From positions 1 through 45,475 of the forward strand of contig JALXFI010000331.1 in the NCBI GenBank assembly GCA_027069035.1: a stretch of 45,475 bases of DNA, in the 5' to 3' direction. The notes below the pieces were generated by a model. That model searched no databases. It worked only from the letters and a program-made list of their open reading frames with translations, and was not told where the DNA came from. This document shows positions 35,521-43,952 of this stretch, piece by piece; position 1 is the first letter of the stretch; each line of letters opens with the position of its first letter. Both the position numbers and the translations under genes were made by a program. The DNA is from a bacterium (lineage in GTDB: Bacteria; Desulfobacterota; GWC2-55-46; S146-80; JALXFI01).

Positions 35521-37269
35521 TCACATTATCCGTTTTAATTCTTCTGCCCACAATCTATACCAGTCTCTTCTGGTATAGGCATATCGCTCGCAAAACTCGT
35601 TACGTGCCTTCTGAACTTCTGGACTCAACCACCATTTTAATGGGTTATCGAATATCCTTTTAACTTTTTCTGCAGCACTTACAGGATCTTTATGAAGTAT
35701 CTCGACCCCTCTCAATAAATCAAAGTATTTCTCTGCCTCTGGTCTCATAAGAAATACACTATGGTCCCAATAGAGTACACAGGGGACATTTATAGCCAAT
35801 GCCTCAAGAAAAGAGGTGTAAGGATGATCTATAACTACAAGATATGCCCTTTGCATTAGTTCCGTCAACCTGCCTTTAGTGTTAAACTTTACCTCTGGAA
35901 CTATATTCCTTATATAATCTTCTTCAATCTCTCTCCATTCTTTATCTACATATAGTCTGTACAAAACCCTATTCTTAATTTTTTGTGGGAGTGCATTCAA
36001 AAACTGCTTCTTACTCTCGAAATACATTGCGATATCATCGGATCGTAGTGTAGTTACAAACTTAAAAACATATCTACGAACAACGTTACCAACATATACA
36101 ATATATTGGGAGCGCTTCGAGGGAGAGTATTTATCCCTGAGCCTTGATAGATGAGGACTGGGGAGTGGCTTAATATTCTCTCTACAACTCCAGCCCCATG
36201 TATAAAAAAAATCTTTCTCCTGAGCCATCTTCTCCTCTTGGTGAGCTAAAGCAGTTCCATAAATACCCCCATGTTGAAACTCTACTATCTTAGCTCCTTT
36301 TATCAATCTCTTTGCAGCAAAAAACTTAAAAGGCTCAAAAAGACGCCACCCTGTAGCAGAACCTATTATTTTCACAGCATCAAGCTTTCCTTTCTTATTC
36401 ACTAACTTATCATACATACCATAGTTTTCTACATATGATACCGGTATAGCGCCAGGGATGAGTTGCAACAATATTGATTTGAATATATCAGAAGAATTGT
36501 TATCAATGCTTAATCTTTTTCTCATATCATAAGAAAGAGCGACCTTACTACAATTTATTCCAGGGGTGTCAAAATTTATGTAAGAGAAATTTCTTATACC
36601 CAATCTTAAGATAAGAGAGAACCAGTCCCTTATAGCTAAATGGTTGTACATATAGCTTAATACAATATGGCCATTGAAAATCCATTCTAATGGTTTTAAT
36701 AAAGTGAGAAGTATTTTTCTCTTGCTACTATACCTCATGCCATAGGGGCTGGCCTTGTATTCATATTGTACCTCTTTTATTCTATCTGGGCATAGCTCAT
36801 AACTAATTAGGCTAAATAACTTAAGATTAAAATAATCTTCTTTTACAATTCGATTAATAAAATCATTTGTATCCAGCGTTATCAAATTACACTGCTCTCT
36901 TGGAAGCACATGGGTATAAAAGTCGAATAACATTAGGGCATTTTTCATCCTCCTAAATCTCTCATAAAGAACCTCTGTAAAAATTAAAAGCCAATCTCCA
37001 ACAAGAATCTTCCAATACTTCAAAGGATAAGATACGTTATGTATATAATTTAACCTTTCGGCTAATTGGGTCATTAACTCGTTGTATATATTATAACAGT
37101 AGTCGGCATCTTCCTTTATCTCAATAGCAGACTTCCATGGAGAAGCTGCTATAGGATAGTAAGGGTTATTCACCATGTTGTTCTTTAAACACCATGTGCC
37201 CAGCAGGATTACCTCCTTCTCTAAATCCCATATGTCTGATATCCTGGTTGTAGCAAGATAATATCTCAT
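35521..37269 (-). CDS. Large soluble putative transferase; resembles, from memory, the Leptospira LIC12162-type family found beside neuB/neuA genes
   Basis: About 582 aa from the ATG at 37269 (the ORF-track start is a TTG). IVEFQHGGIYG and YLVVIDHPYTSFLEALAINVPCVLYWD. The family call is unverified. Confidence 0.4.
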   Translation of the reverse strand: MRYYLATTRISDIWDLEKEVILLGTWCLKNNMVNNPYYPIAASPWKSAIEIKEDADYCYNIYNELMTQLAERLNYIHNVSYPLKYWKILVGDWLLIFTEVLYERFRRMKNALMLFDFYTHVLPREQCNLITLDTNDFINRIVKEDYFNLKLFSLISYELCPDRIKEVQYEYKASPYGMRYSSKRKILLTLLKPLEWIFNGHIVLSYMYNHLAIRDWFSLILRLGIRNFSYINFDTPGINCSKVALSYDMRKRLSIDNNSSDIFKSILLQLIPGAIPVSYVENYGMYDKLVNKKGKLDAVKIIGSATGWRLFEPFKFFAAKRLIKGAKIVEFQHGGIYGTALAHQEEKMAQEKDFFYTWGWSCRENIKPLPSPHLSRLRDKYSPSKRSQYIVYVGNVVRRYVFKFVTTLRSDDIAMYFESKKQFLNALPQKIKNRVLYRLYVDKEWREIEEDYIRNIVPEVKFNTKGRLTELMQRAYLVVIDHPYTSFLEALAINVPCVLYWDHSVFLMRPEAEKYFDLLRGVEILHKDPVSAAEKVKRIFDNPLKWWLSPEVQKARNEFCERYAYTRRDWYRLWAEELKRIM

Positions 37270-37271
37270 GA

Positions 37272-38336
37272 TCAAATCAGGTCATCAAATGTGATTTCAC
37301 TACCTATTTCCATATCTCTTATAATACACCTGCCTATAACCTCATCAATCTTATCGGCATTGACTCCCTTCTGTGATATAAGAGGCGAAATCATCTCTTC
37401 TTTCAAAATAGTACCTGCTTTTAAGGCACGGTTAACGTGCAAAGAACGCCTGAGCTGTCTCTTTGATTCCATTTCACATGGCTGGCATGTCTTCTTCACC
37501 TCTCCCAACATCTTTTCAAGTCGCCTTATCTCTTTTACAAGATTTTGCATATCCTTAGGGTCAGCAGATAAGGAATGGTCACCAAAACCCTGTGACTTAT
37601 CGAGTGTAAAATGCTTTTCTACAATACATGCCCCTAGCGCAACGGCACCTATACATGCAAGGTACCCTACAGTATGATCTGAGTATCCGACAGGCACATC
37701 ATCATATCTATTCATCAGAAAGGATATAGAGCGGAGATTTGTCTCTTCATCAGGGGTTGGATAAGATGAGACACAGTGGAGAAGGACTATCTTATCCATT
37801 GGAAATACTCCTATAGCCCTATCTATCTCTTCTAACTCTGCTTGACCTGTAGACAATATCACCGGCTTGTTCTTCGAAGCCACATGGCGAAGTAGCAAGA
37901 TGTTTATGAGATCACCTGAAGCAATTTTATATGCAGGCACAAGGGGTTCTAAGAAGTCCACCGAATCTTCATCGAAGGGTGTACATAAAAAATCAAGTCC
38001 ACATTCTTTTGAGAGCTTATACAGTTCCATCATCTGGTCATGATTGAGTTCAAGGGCTTTAAACCGCTCAAACTGGGTTTTATATCCAAGAGATTTGGCC
38101 CGTTTAAAAACAGGCACGGTTCTGGAAATAAACTTTTCAGCCTTATATAACTGAAACTTTACAGCATCAACACCAGTCTTTGCTGCCTCAAAGACCATTT
38201 GTTTAGCAAGAGAGAGGTCTCCATTGTGGTTGGTACCTATCTCTGCTATAATGTATATACTTTTATTAAACCGCTCAAAAAATTTATTTACACTTAAAGA
38301 GCTGTAGTTATCTTGCCTTGGTTCTGCTTTCCTCAT
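37272..38336 (-). CDS. NeuB-family ulosonic acid synthase, paralogue 2
   Basis: 354 aa. IIAEIGTNHNGD, LLHCVSSYPT, YSDHTVG, VEKHFTLDKS. SAF-like tail RRSLHVNRALKAGTIL. AGGTG SD 5 nt upstream. Confidence 0.9.
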   Translation of the reverse strand: MRKAEPRQDNYSSLSVNKFFERFNKSIYIIAEIGTNHNGDLSLAKQMVFEAAKTGVDAVKFQLYKAEKFISRTVPVFKRAKSLGYKTQFERFKALELNHDQMMELYKLSKECGLDFLCTPFDEDSVDFLEPLVPAYKIASGDLINILLLRHVASKNKPVILSTGQAELEEIDRAIGVFPMDKIVLLHCVSSYPTPDEETNLRSISFLMNRYDDVPVGYSDHTVGYLACIGAVALGACIVEKHFTLDKSQGFGDHSLSADPKDMQNLVKEIRRLEKMLGEVKKTCQPCEMESKRQLRRSLHVNRALKAGTILKEEMISPLISQKGVNADKIDEVIGRCIIRDMEIGSEITFDDLI

Positions 38337-38395
38337 AATCGCACCTATAATACTACTTTTCTACAACCTCCATGTTAAGCTCTCAGCTAAGTTAG

Positions 38396-39118
38396 TCATG
38401 CCTTCATCCCTCTTAAAATAACCAATCCTTCAAAAACTTTCATATCAAATGGGGTATCTATATCAAGGGACTCCTCCTGAGACACCACTATGCCTTTAAC
38501 ATTATCTCCTAAAGCAAAATTTTTACCATTCCAGTAATTAAGTAGAGACCTTTTTCTACCAAAGATAGCACCTGTCATACCATATGCCTCGGGTCTGTCC
38601 TGTTTCTGCTGGTAGCTTTCGGTAGTATATTCTGTAAGAGGAGAAATTCTGCTGGTTTCATTATCATATTTATAAGCCCTGAAGGGATGGAAGTGAATTA
38701 TCTTTGTTATAGTTACAACAGAATCACAATGAGTCTTCTCCATCAATCTTACTGCCAGTTTTATTGTTTCAGGTCTTATTAATGGAGAGGTGGGTTGTAT
38801 CGAAAAAACAAGGTCGTAATAACTATTCTGATTCTCAAGATATTCTACAGCATGTTTTACAACATAAACGAGTGAAACTTCATCTCTTGCAAATTCTTGA
38901 GGTCTTATAAAGGGTATCTCAATGGCAGGGTATCTCGAACTTACCACTTCGGCTATCTCTTCAGAGTCAGTAGATAGAACTACTCTATTAAAAGCCTCTG
39001 ATTCAAGGATGGTTTCTATCACATATCCTATCAATGGTTTTCCCCCTACTGTCACTATATTCTTTTTAGGAATTGCTTTAGAACCTCCCCTTGCAGGTAT
39101 GATGCATAATGTACCCAT
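38396..39118 (-). CDS. Acylneuraminate (CMP-ulosonic acid) cytidylyltransferase, NeuA-like
   Basis: 240 aa. LCIIPARGGSKAIPKKNIVTVGGKPLIGYVIE, IPFIRPQEFARDE, QPTSPL. Confidence 0.85.
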   Translation of the reverse strand: MGTLCIIPARGGSKAIPKKNIVTVGGKPLIGYVIETILESEAFNRVVLSTDSEEIAEVVSSRYPAIEIPFIRPQEFARDEVSLVYVVKHAVEYLENQNSYYDLVFSIQPTSPLIRPETIKLAVRLMEKTHCDSVVTITKIIHFHPFRAYKYDNETSRISPLTEYTTESYQQKQDRPEAYGMTGAIFGRKRSLLNYWNGKNFALGDNVKGIVVSQEESLDIDTPFDMKVFEGLVILRGMKA

Positions 39119-39128
39119 ACTGTTTAAG

Positions 39129-39893
39129 TTATTGAACTATACGCAATTTGGTATTGATAGAAGGATCTAAGACTTTCTCCTTTATCCTTCCTTCATGATC
39201 TATATGGGGATTGTTATCAAAAAACTCTATAATATCCAATAATGTAAATTCCTTGTTTTTTTTGTATAGATAATTGTATAACTTTTCAACCACTTCAAAA
39301 TCATCCTGAGTGTCAATCGTAACCGTATAATTGGGTCTATAATATTTATCTGAAGGACACCTGTATTTTGCATGTCTAAATACATGTGGGTGATCTTTAA
39401 AGTACAAGGTCATATATTCAGAGAAATTTGGGTCCACAGATAATTCCAGGCACTTCTTCATTGCCTTAAAGGAAATGATCTCTGGTCTTGTCCCCCGAGG
39501 TGTATCTTCTGTAAATGTGTAGTCAGCTCTCTCCTTTATATGGAGCTTCACCATCTCATCTATGATGAACGGATCGGTGAGGGGATTGTCTCCTGTGATA
39601 CGTACAATATGGTCAGCCAGATATTTTTCAGCTGCCTCTATAAAACGGAGCAAGACATTTTCTGGATGACCTCTAAATACCTTAAACCCGTATTCATTGG
39701 CAAAGACCTCTATAGGATCATCTCCAGGGAGGGTAGAGGTACAGATAACAGTATCAACAGGTACCTTTGCCATCCTCACTCTTTGCATGAGATGCCAAAG
39801 GATAGATTTTCCCTCTATGGTTTTTAGTGCCTTACCAGGCAATCTCTTTGACTTCATCCTTACAGCAACAAGATTAACAACTATCGGCTTCAT
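39129..39893 (-). CDS. SpsF-like cytidylyltransferase (CTP_transf_3)
   Basis: VAVRMKSKRLPGKALKTIEGKSIL, FRGHPENVLLRF, IVRITGDNPLTDP. I prefer the ATG at 39893 over the TTG at 39905. Confidence 0.8.
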   Translation of the reverse strand: MKPIVVNLVAVRMKSKRLPGKALKTIEGKSILWHLMQRVRMAKVPVDTVICTSTLPGDDPIEVFANEYGFKVFRGHPENVLLRFIEAAEKYLADHIVRITGDNPLTDPFIIDEMVKLHIKERADYTFTEDTPRGTRPEIISFKAMKKCLELSVDPNFSEYMTLYFKDHPHVFRHAKYRCPSDKYYRPNYTVTIDTQDDFEVVEKLYNYLYKKNKEFTLLDIIEFFDNNPHIDHEGRIKEKVLDPSINTKLRIVQ

Positions 39894-40908
39894 ATAGATC
39901 TTCAAGACGTATTGCCTTATTGGCAGGTATGAAGTGCTTTGTTTTCTTTAGGACTCTCTTATATCTATCAGGAGGTAATCCCTCCTCTTCTGTCCTCTTA
40001 AAAGAGAGGTCTTCTAAGGTAATGAGGTGACCTTTAGGTATATCTCTTGAAGCCACTATCTTCTTTTTCATCAGTCGTCTATAAGTAACTTCAGCTTTGC
40101 TCTCACCTGGTACTATCTCATTTATACCGTACGCCTTTTCTATCTGTCTCACCATTCCTACCAATCGTGCAAACTCATCTGGATTTAATGCAGAATAGTA
40201 ATCACGCCCCTTCTTTGACCTATCAAGAGTAATATGTTTTTCTATTACACTCACACCATAACCAATAGCAACGAGGGGAAGTGAGAGAGCAAGTTCTGAC
40301 TCAGCATCTATATGATCAGCAAAACCTAAATGATAAGGATATCTTTCCTTCAATACATTAAGTAGTCTGAAATTGGTATCATCAATACGTGTTGGAAAAC
40401 CTTGAAAACCATGCATTAAAATGATGTTCTTATTGCCAATTTTTTCTATATTTTGGATTGCATAGCTTATCTCTGTCTCTGTTGCTGCACCTACTGAGAG
40501 AATAAGAGGCTTCATAGTAGCTGCTACATATTTGAGTAAGAATGGATTAGTCAAGTCAGATGTAGGGATTTTATAAGCTGATATATCCAGTTTTTCAGCC
40601 AGTTTGAAACTCCTTTCATCAAAAACCTCTGAAACAACAAACAAACCTATTCTTCTAGAATATTCGATAATTTCATACCACTGTTCATCAGAGAATTGAA
40701 GCTGCTTAAAACTTGGATACTTATGATGATTAGGGACTATAAGATTATCTGTATTTAATATTTGATACTTAATAGCATCTGCCTCTGTCATCGAGACAGC
40801 ATCAGCTATCCTCTTAGCAAGTTCAACATCGCCCTCATGACTGGAAGCCGTTTCTGCTATAACGAATATAGATTCAAAAGGTTTAATTAAGGCTCCATTG
40901 AGTTCCAT
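39874..40908 (-). CDS. NeuB/SpsE-family ulosonic acid synthase, paralogue 3 (divergent N-terminal motif)
   Basis: FVIAETASSHEGD where AEIGxNHNGD is expected. FADHIDA, VIEKHITLDRS, and SAF-like tail KKKIVASRDIPKGHLITL. I prefer the ATG at 40908 (MELNGALIK...), one nt after the upstream TGA, over 40965. Confidence 0.85.
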   Translation of the reverse strand: MELNGALIKPFESIFVIAETASSHEGDVELAKRIADAVSMTEADAIKYQILNTDNLIVPNHHKYPSFKQLQFSDEQWYEIIEYSRRIGLFVVSEVFDERSFKLAEKLDISAYKIPTSDLTNPFLLKYVAATMKPLILSVGAATETEISYAIQNIEKIGNKNIILMHGFQGFPTRIDDTNFRLLNVLKERYPYHLGFADHIDAESELALSLPLVAIGYGVSVIEKHITLDRSKKGRDYYSALNPDEFARLVGMVRQIEKAYGINEIVPGESKAEVTYRRLMKKKIVASRDIPKGHLITLEDLSFKRTEEEGLPPDRYKRVLKKTKHFIPANKAIRLEDLYEADSC

Positions 40909-40909
40909 A

Positions 40910-41911
40910 TCACTTCCATCGGTATGTTGTTGGTCTGAAACAGGTTCGACACGCAGGTATGTCATCCAATTCTATCTTTCTTATCTTATCTCTTAATCTA
41001 TTCAATGTGGCACCATGCCATATCTCTTCAATCGACTGTTTATAGTAATCTCCCACCACTGTCTTTCTGTTCCAGTCACCACAACACATAAGAACCTTAC
41101 CGTCCCGATTGATATTCAATCTTTGCCATGGCTGTTCACAAAACCTTCTTCCAATCGGTCTCTTGCCGTCTCTAAATGGATATCCATCCTCGACATAGCG
41201 ATCTTGATTTTCGATAATCGCTATATTATCAACTCCTCTGCCCTTCCAGAAGTTGATGAACTGCTCAACCTCTCTCTCTGTTTCATAATAATTTACCATT
41301 TGGACACGAATAAAGGGTCTCTTTACGCCCTTCTGTTTCTTTACCTTTATGAAAGTTTCTATATTTCTAATTAGCTTATCATAATCTCCCCCAACCCTTA
41401 TCTTCTCATAAGACTCCTTAGTTGCTCCATCTACTGAGAATATGATTCGATCAAGCCCTGCATCTACCAAGTCCTCAACCTTCTTTCTGTTTGCAGGCAG
41501 TCCATTCGTATTAAACTGGACCTCAAGTACCCCTTTATTCTTTGCATAACGGACAAATTCAACCAGGTTTTTATGAAGCATGGGCTCGCCCCTAAAATTA
41601 AACTTTATCGAATACACACCAAGTTCGGCACATTCGTCTATCGCTTTATATGCAAGGGTTGGTTCTATAAAACCTGCGTTGGGCACCCCTTTTATTCCAT
41701 GGACACACATAATGCATCTCAGATTACACGCATCACTTACCTCTATATCTACATGAAGTGGAACATTACTTAATATTCTGAATTTGGGATAATAATTCCA
41801 TTTCAAACGATAAAGCCAGTAGCGAAAATCTCTACCCCTTTTCACAATATTATTCACATAACCCTTTATCCCTGTCCTATCTACTATATTTTTCTTATAT
41901 TTGTAATGCAT
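40910..41911 (-). CDS. Radical SAM enzyme with a Cys-poor SPASM/twitch-like C-terminal domain (paralogue 2)
   Basis: 333 aa. CNLRCIMC. C-terminal C(EQPW)...CC(GDW)...CRTC. Collinear with the 21471-22466 product, including the N-terminal W-x-Y-P-x-F...PLHVD extension. Confidence 0.85.
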   Translation of the reverse strand: MHYKYKKNIVDRTGIKGYVNNIVKRGRDFRYWLYRLKWNYYPKFRILSNVPLHVDIEVSDACNLRCIMCVHGIKGVPNAGFIEPTLAYKAIDECAELGVYSIKFNFRGEPMLHKNLVEFVRYAKNKGVLEVQFNTNGLPANRKKVEDLVDAGLDRIIFSVDGATKESYEKIRVGGDYDKLIRNIETFIKVKKQKGVKRPFIRVQMVNYYETEREVEQFINFWKGRGVDNIAIIENQDRYVEDGYPFRDGKRPIGRRFCEQPWQRLNINRDGKVLMCCGDWNRKTVVGDYYKQSIEEIWHGATLNRLRDKIRKIELDDIPACRTCFRPTTYRWK

Positions 41912-41915
41912 TAAC

Positions 41916-43952
41916 CTATACCGTGTTGATTATACAAGGTTGACGAAGTAACTTTTTTGTATTGACCTTCGCGAGTATCCTTGAAATGCCAATCAAATCA
42001 GTGCCATATATCTTCTTAAATCTTTTTATCGTGTCAAGTTGCTCTTCAGTATGTCTGAATACAATAAGCCTCTCTTTATAACAGCCTATTCCTTCTCCCA
42101 AAAGATAGAATCCCCTTTGCTTAATGATTGAGTCGAAATCAAATTTTGATATCATCTTAATAGCTACGGTATTGTCTTCAAATAATCCTTTGGCTTGTGA
42201 AACACAATAAGTAACCACCTCTTTTATACAATCTCTTTGCAAATTGTTAAGTTTACCTATATGCTGGGATAGAATTTTCAATGCGCTTCTTAATACTACC
42301 TCACCCATCTCTCCTATATATTGCAGCATACCCAAAGATTTATACTTAAATAATAGATTACTTCCATACTCACCACTGATATACTTATCAATGTTCTCTT
42401 TAAGGTATCTATATAAAGCCTCTTTATTTTCCCATAACTCACCTCTGGTCTCGTTCAAAAAGTCATCAAAAAGTCTATTCAGCCTCTCTGGTACCGGGTT
42501 ATTATAAATATCCTTAAGCAACTTAAATATAGGGATAGACTCACTCTTGAAAAGTTGATGAAGCGGATAAAAAAGACCGTCGTTATAAAACAGAGCGACT
42601 ATTAAATGCATCTTCCTACATTGAAGATACTCGTCAAAGCTCATACTATCTGTTGATACAACCACTTCTTCAATCTCAGCGGAAGTCAATCTATCACCAT
42701 TATACTCGAAAAAGCCAAAGCATCTTGGAATCACTCTGTATCTGGTTATCAATCCAAATCTCTTACGATACTCAGTTGACCACATCTCAGAACCAGGTAA
42801 CAACATTAATGTATAAAGGTTTATATAATTGAATCCCATGTCTATTAACTCCGCAATACTTTTAAAATGGGATTCCTTAGTCTCTCCAGGTAATGCAAGA
42901 ATCAATTCACTGTAACTATTAGCCCCTGATGCTGTAGCTTCTATGGCAAGATGAAGCAGTTGTTTTTTGGAGATATTGCTGCGTTTTATGTTAGAGAGTA
43001 CAACTTTATCCATGCTTTGCACAGAACCAGCAACCCGTAGAGCCCCATCGATTAGCTGACCACCTTTTATTATCCTATCTTTATTGGACTTTCCAGTAGA
43101 CACATTAACATAAGACGGCCATCCGAACTCTTTCCGACACTGGCTAATGAGTTCAAACGTAAAGTAGTCCTCTCTGAACATACCAAAATTGGAATCAGCT
43201 ATATGGAGGTCAGCCCGCCCTCCACAATCTACTACTGGTTTTATACGTCGTGCTATATAAAATAACTCTTCACGGATATAATTCAAAGGCTTTCTATTAA
43301 TTTTATTATAATACCTAGCACCTTCACAGCAATATGTGCATCTGAATGGACAACCACGAACTGTCTGAATGATTGGAAGAAATCTTCCGTCAAAAAATTC
43401 ATCTAACACTCCCTGTGTATATGGAGAGGGTATATCTCCAAGATCTTCAATACGTGGGGCGGAATGATTCAAGACCACCTTATTTTTACTTTTTGAAAAA
43501 TAATGTATAGAAGGAACATCCACATCCACCTGAGGTCTAATATCAGTTGATAGCAATTCTTTTATCAATTGACTAAAGGGCAACTCCCCCTCCCCCACCA
43601 CATAATAATCTATAGCAGCATGTTTCCTTAAAAACTCCTCCCTGCTATGCTTGTCCTGAGGGTAATTAGGTCCACCAAATACAATAGTAGTTTCTGGATG
43701 CCATTTACGTATCTCTTTGGCAAAGATATAACTAAGATTGAAATTCCATGCATAATTGGAGAAACCAATAACTTCCGGCACTTCTATAGATAAAGCCTCT
43801 ACTAACTGTTTAGGTGTCTTAAAAATACGCAAGGCAACAGAATCACCCAAAACTTTTGAAGTATAGGTAGCAATACAACCAATAGCATAAGGCATAATGT
43901 CAGAGGCAATTGTCTGTTGTGTATATGTTAGATCAACCAAGAATATTAACAT
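41916..43952 (-). CDS. B12-binding-domain radical SAM enzyme (class B, methyltransferase-like) with a long C-terminal extension
   Basis: 678 aa. N-terminal cobalamin-binding-like Rossmann region (VIGFSNYAWNFN...IVFGGPNYP...YYVVGEGE). VRGCPFRCTYC cluster motif. About 250-aa uncharacterised tail. Confidence 0.8.
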   Translation of the reverse strand: MLIFLVDLTYTQQTIASDIMPYAIGCIATYTSKVLGDSVALRIFKTPKQLVEALSIEVPEVIGFSNYAWNFNLSYIFAKEIRKWHPETTIVFGGPNYPQDKHSREEFLRKHAAIDYYVVGEGELPFSQLIKELLSTDIRPQVDVDVPSIHYFSKSKNKVVLNHSAPRIEDLGDIPSPYTQGVLDEFFDGRFLPIIQTVRGCPFRCTYCCEGARYYNKINRKPLNYIREELFYIARRIKPVVDCGGRADLHIADSNFGMFREDYFTFELISQCRKEFGWPSYVNVSTGKSNKDRIIKGGQLIDGALRVAGSVQSMDKVVLSNIKRSNISKKQLLHLAIEATASGANSYSELILALPGETKESHFKSIAELIDMGFNYINLYTLMLLPGSEMWSTEYRKRFGLITRYRVIPRCFGFFEYNGDRLTSAEIEEVVVSTDSMSFDEYLQCRKMHLIVALFYNDGLFYPLHQLFKSESIPIFKLLKDIYNNPVPERLNRLFDDFLNETRGELWENKEALYRYLKENIDKYISGEYGSNLLFKYKSLGMLQYIGEMGEVVLRSALKILSQHIGKLNNLQRDCIKEVVTYCVSQAKGLFEDNTVAIKMISKFDFDSIIKQRGFYLLGEGIGCYKERLIVFRHTEEQLDTIKRFKKIYGTDLIGISRILAKVNTKKLLRQPCIINTV

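Noticed and set aside
24599-40908. The three NeuB genes as recent tandem duplications or an assembly repeat
   Set aside because: The nucleotide and protein sequences are strongly diverged, with similarity confined to the catalytic motifs (for example the EKH-x-TLD-x-S coding stretch). The genes also sit in different contexts.
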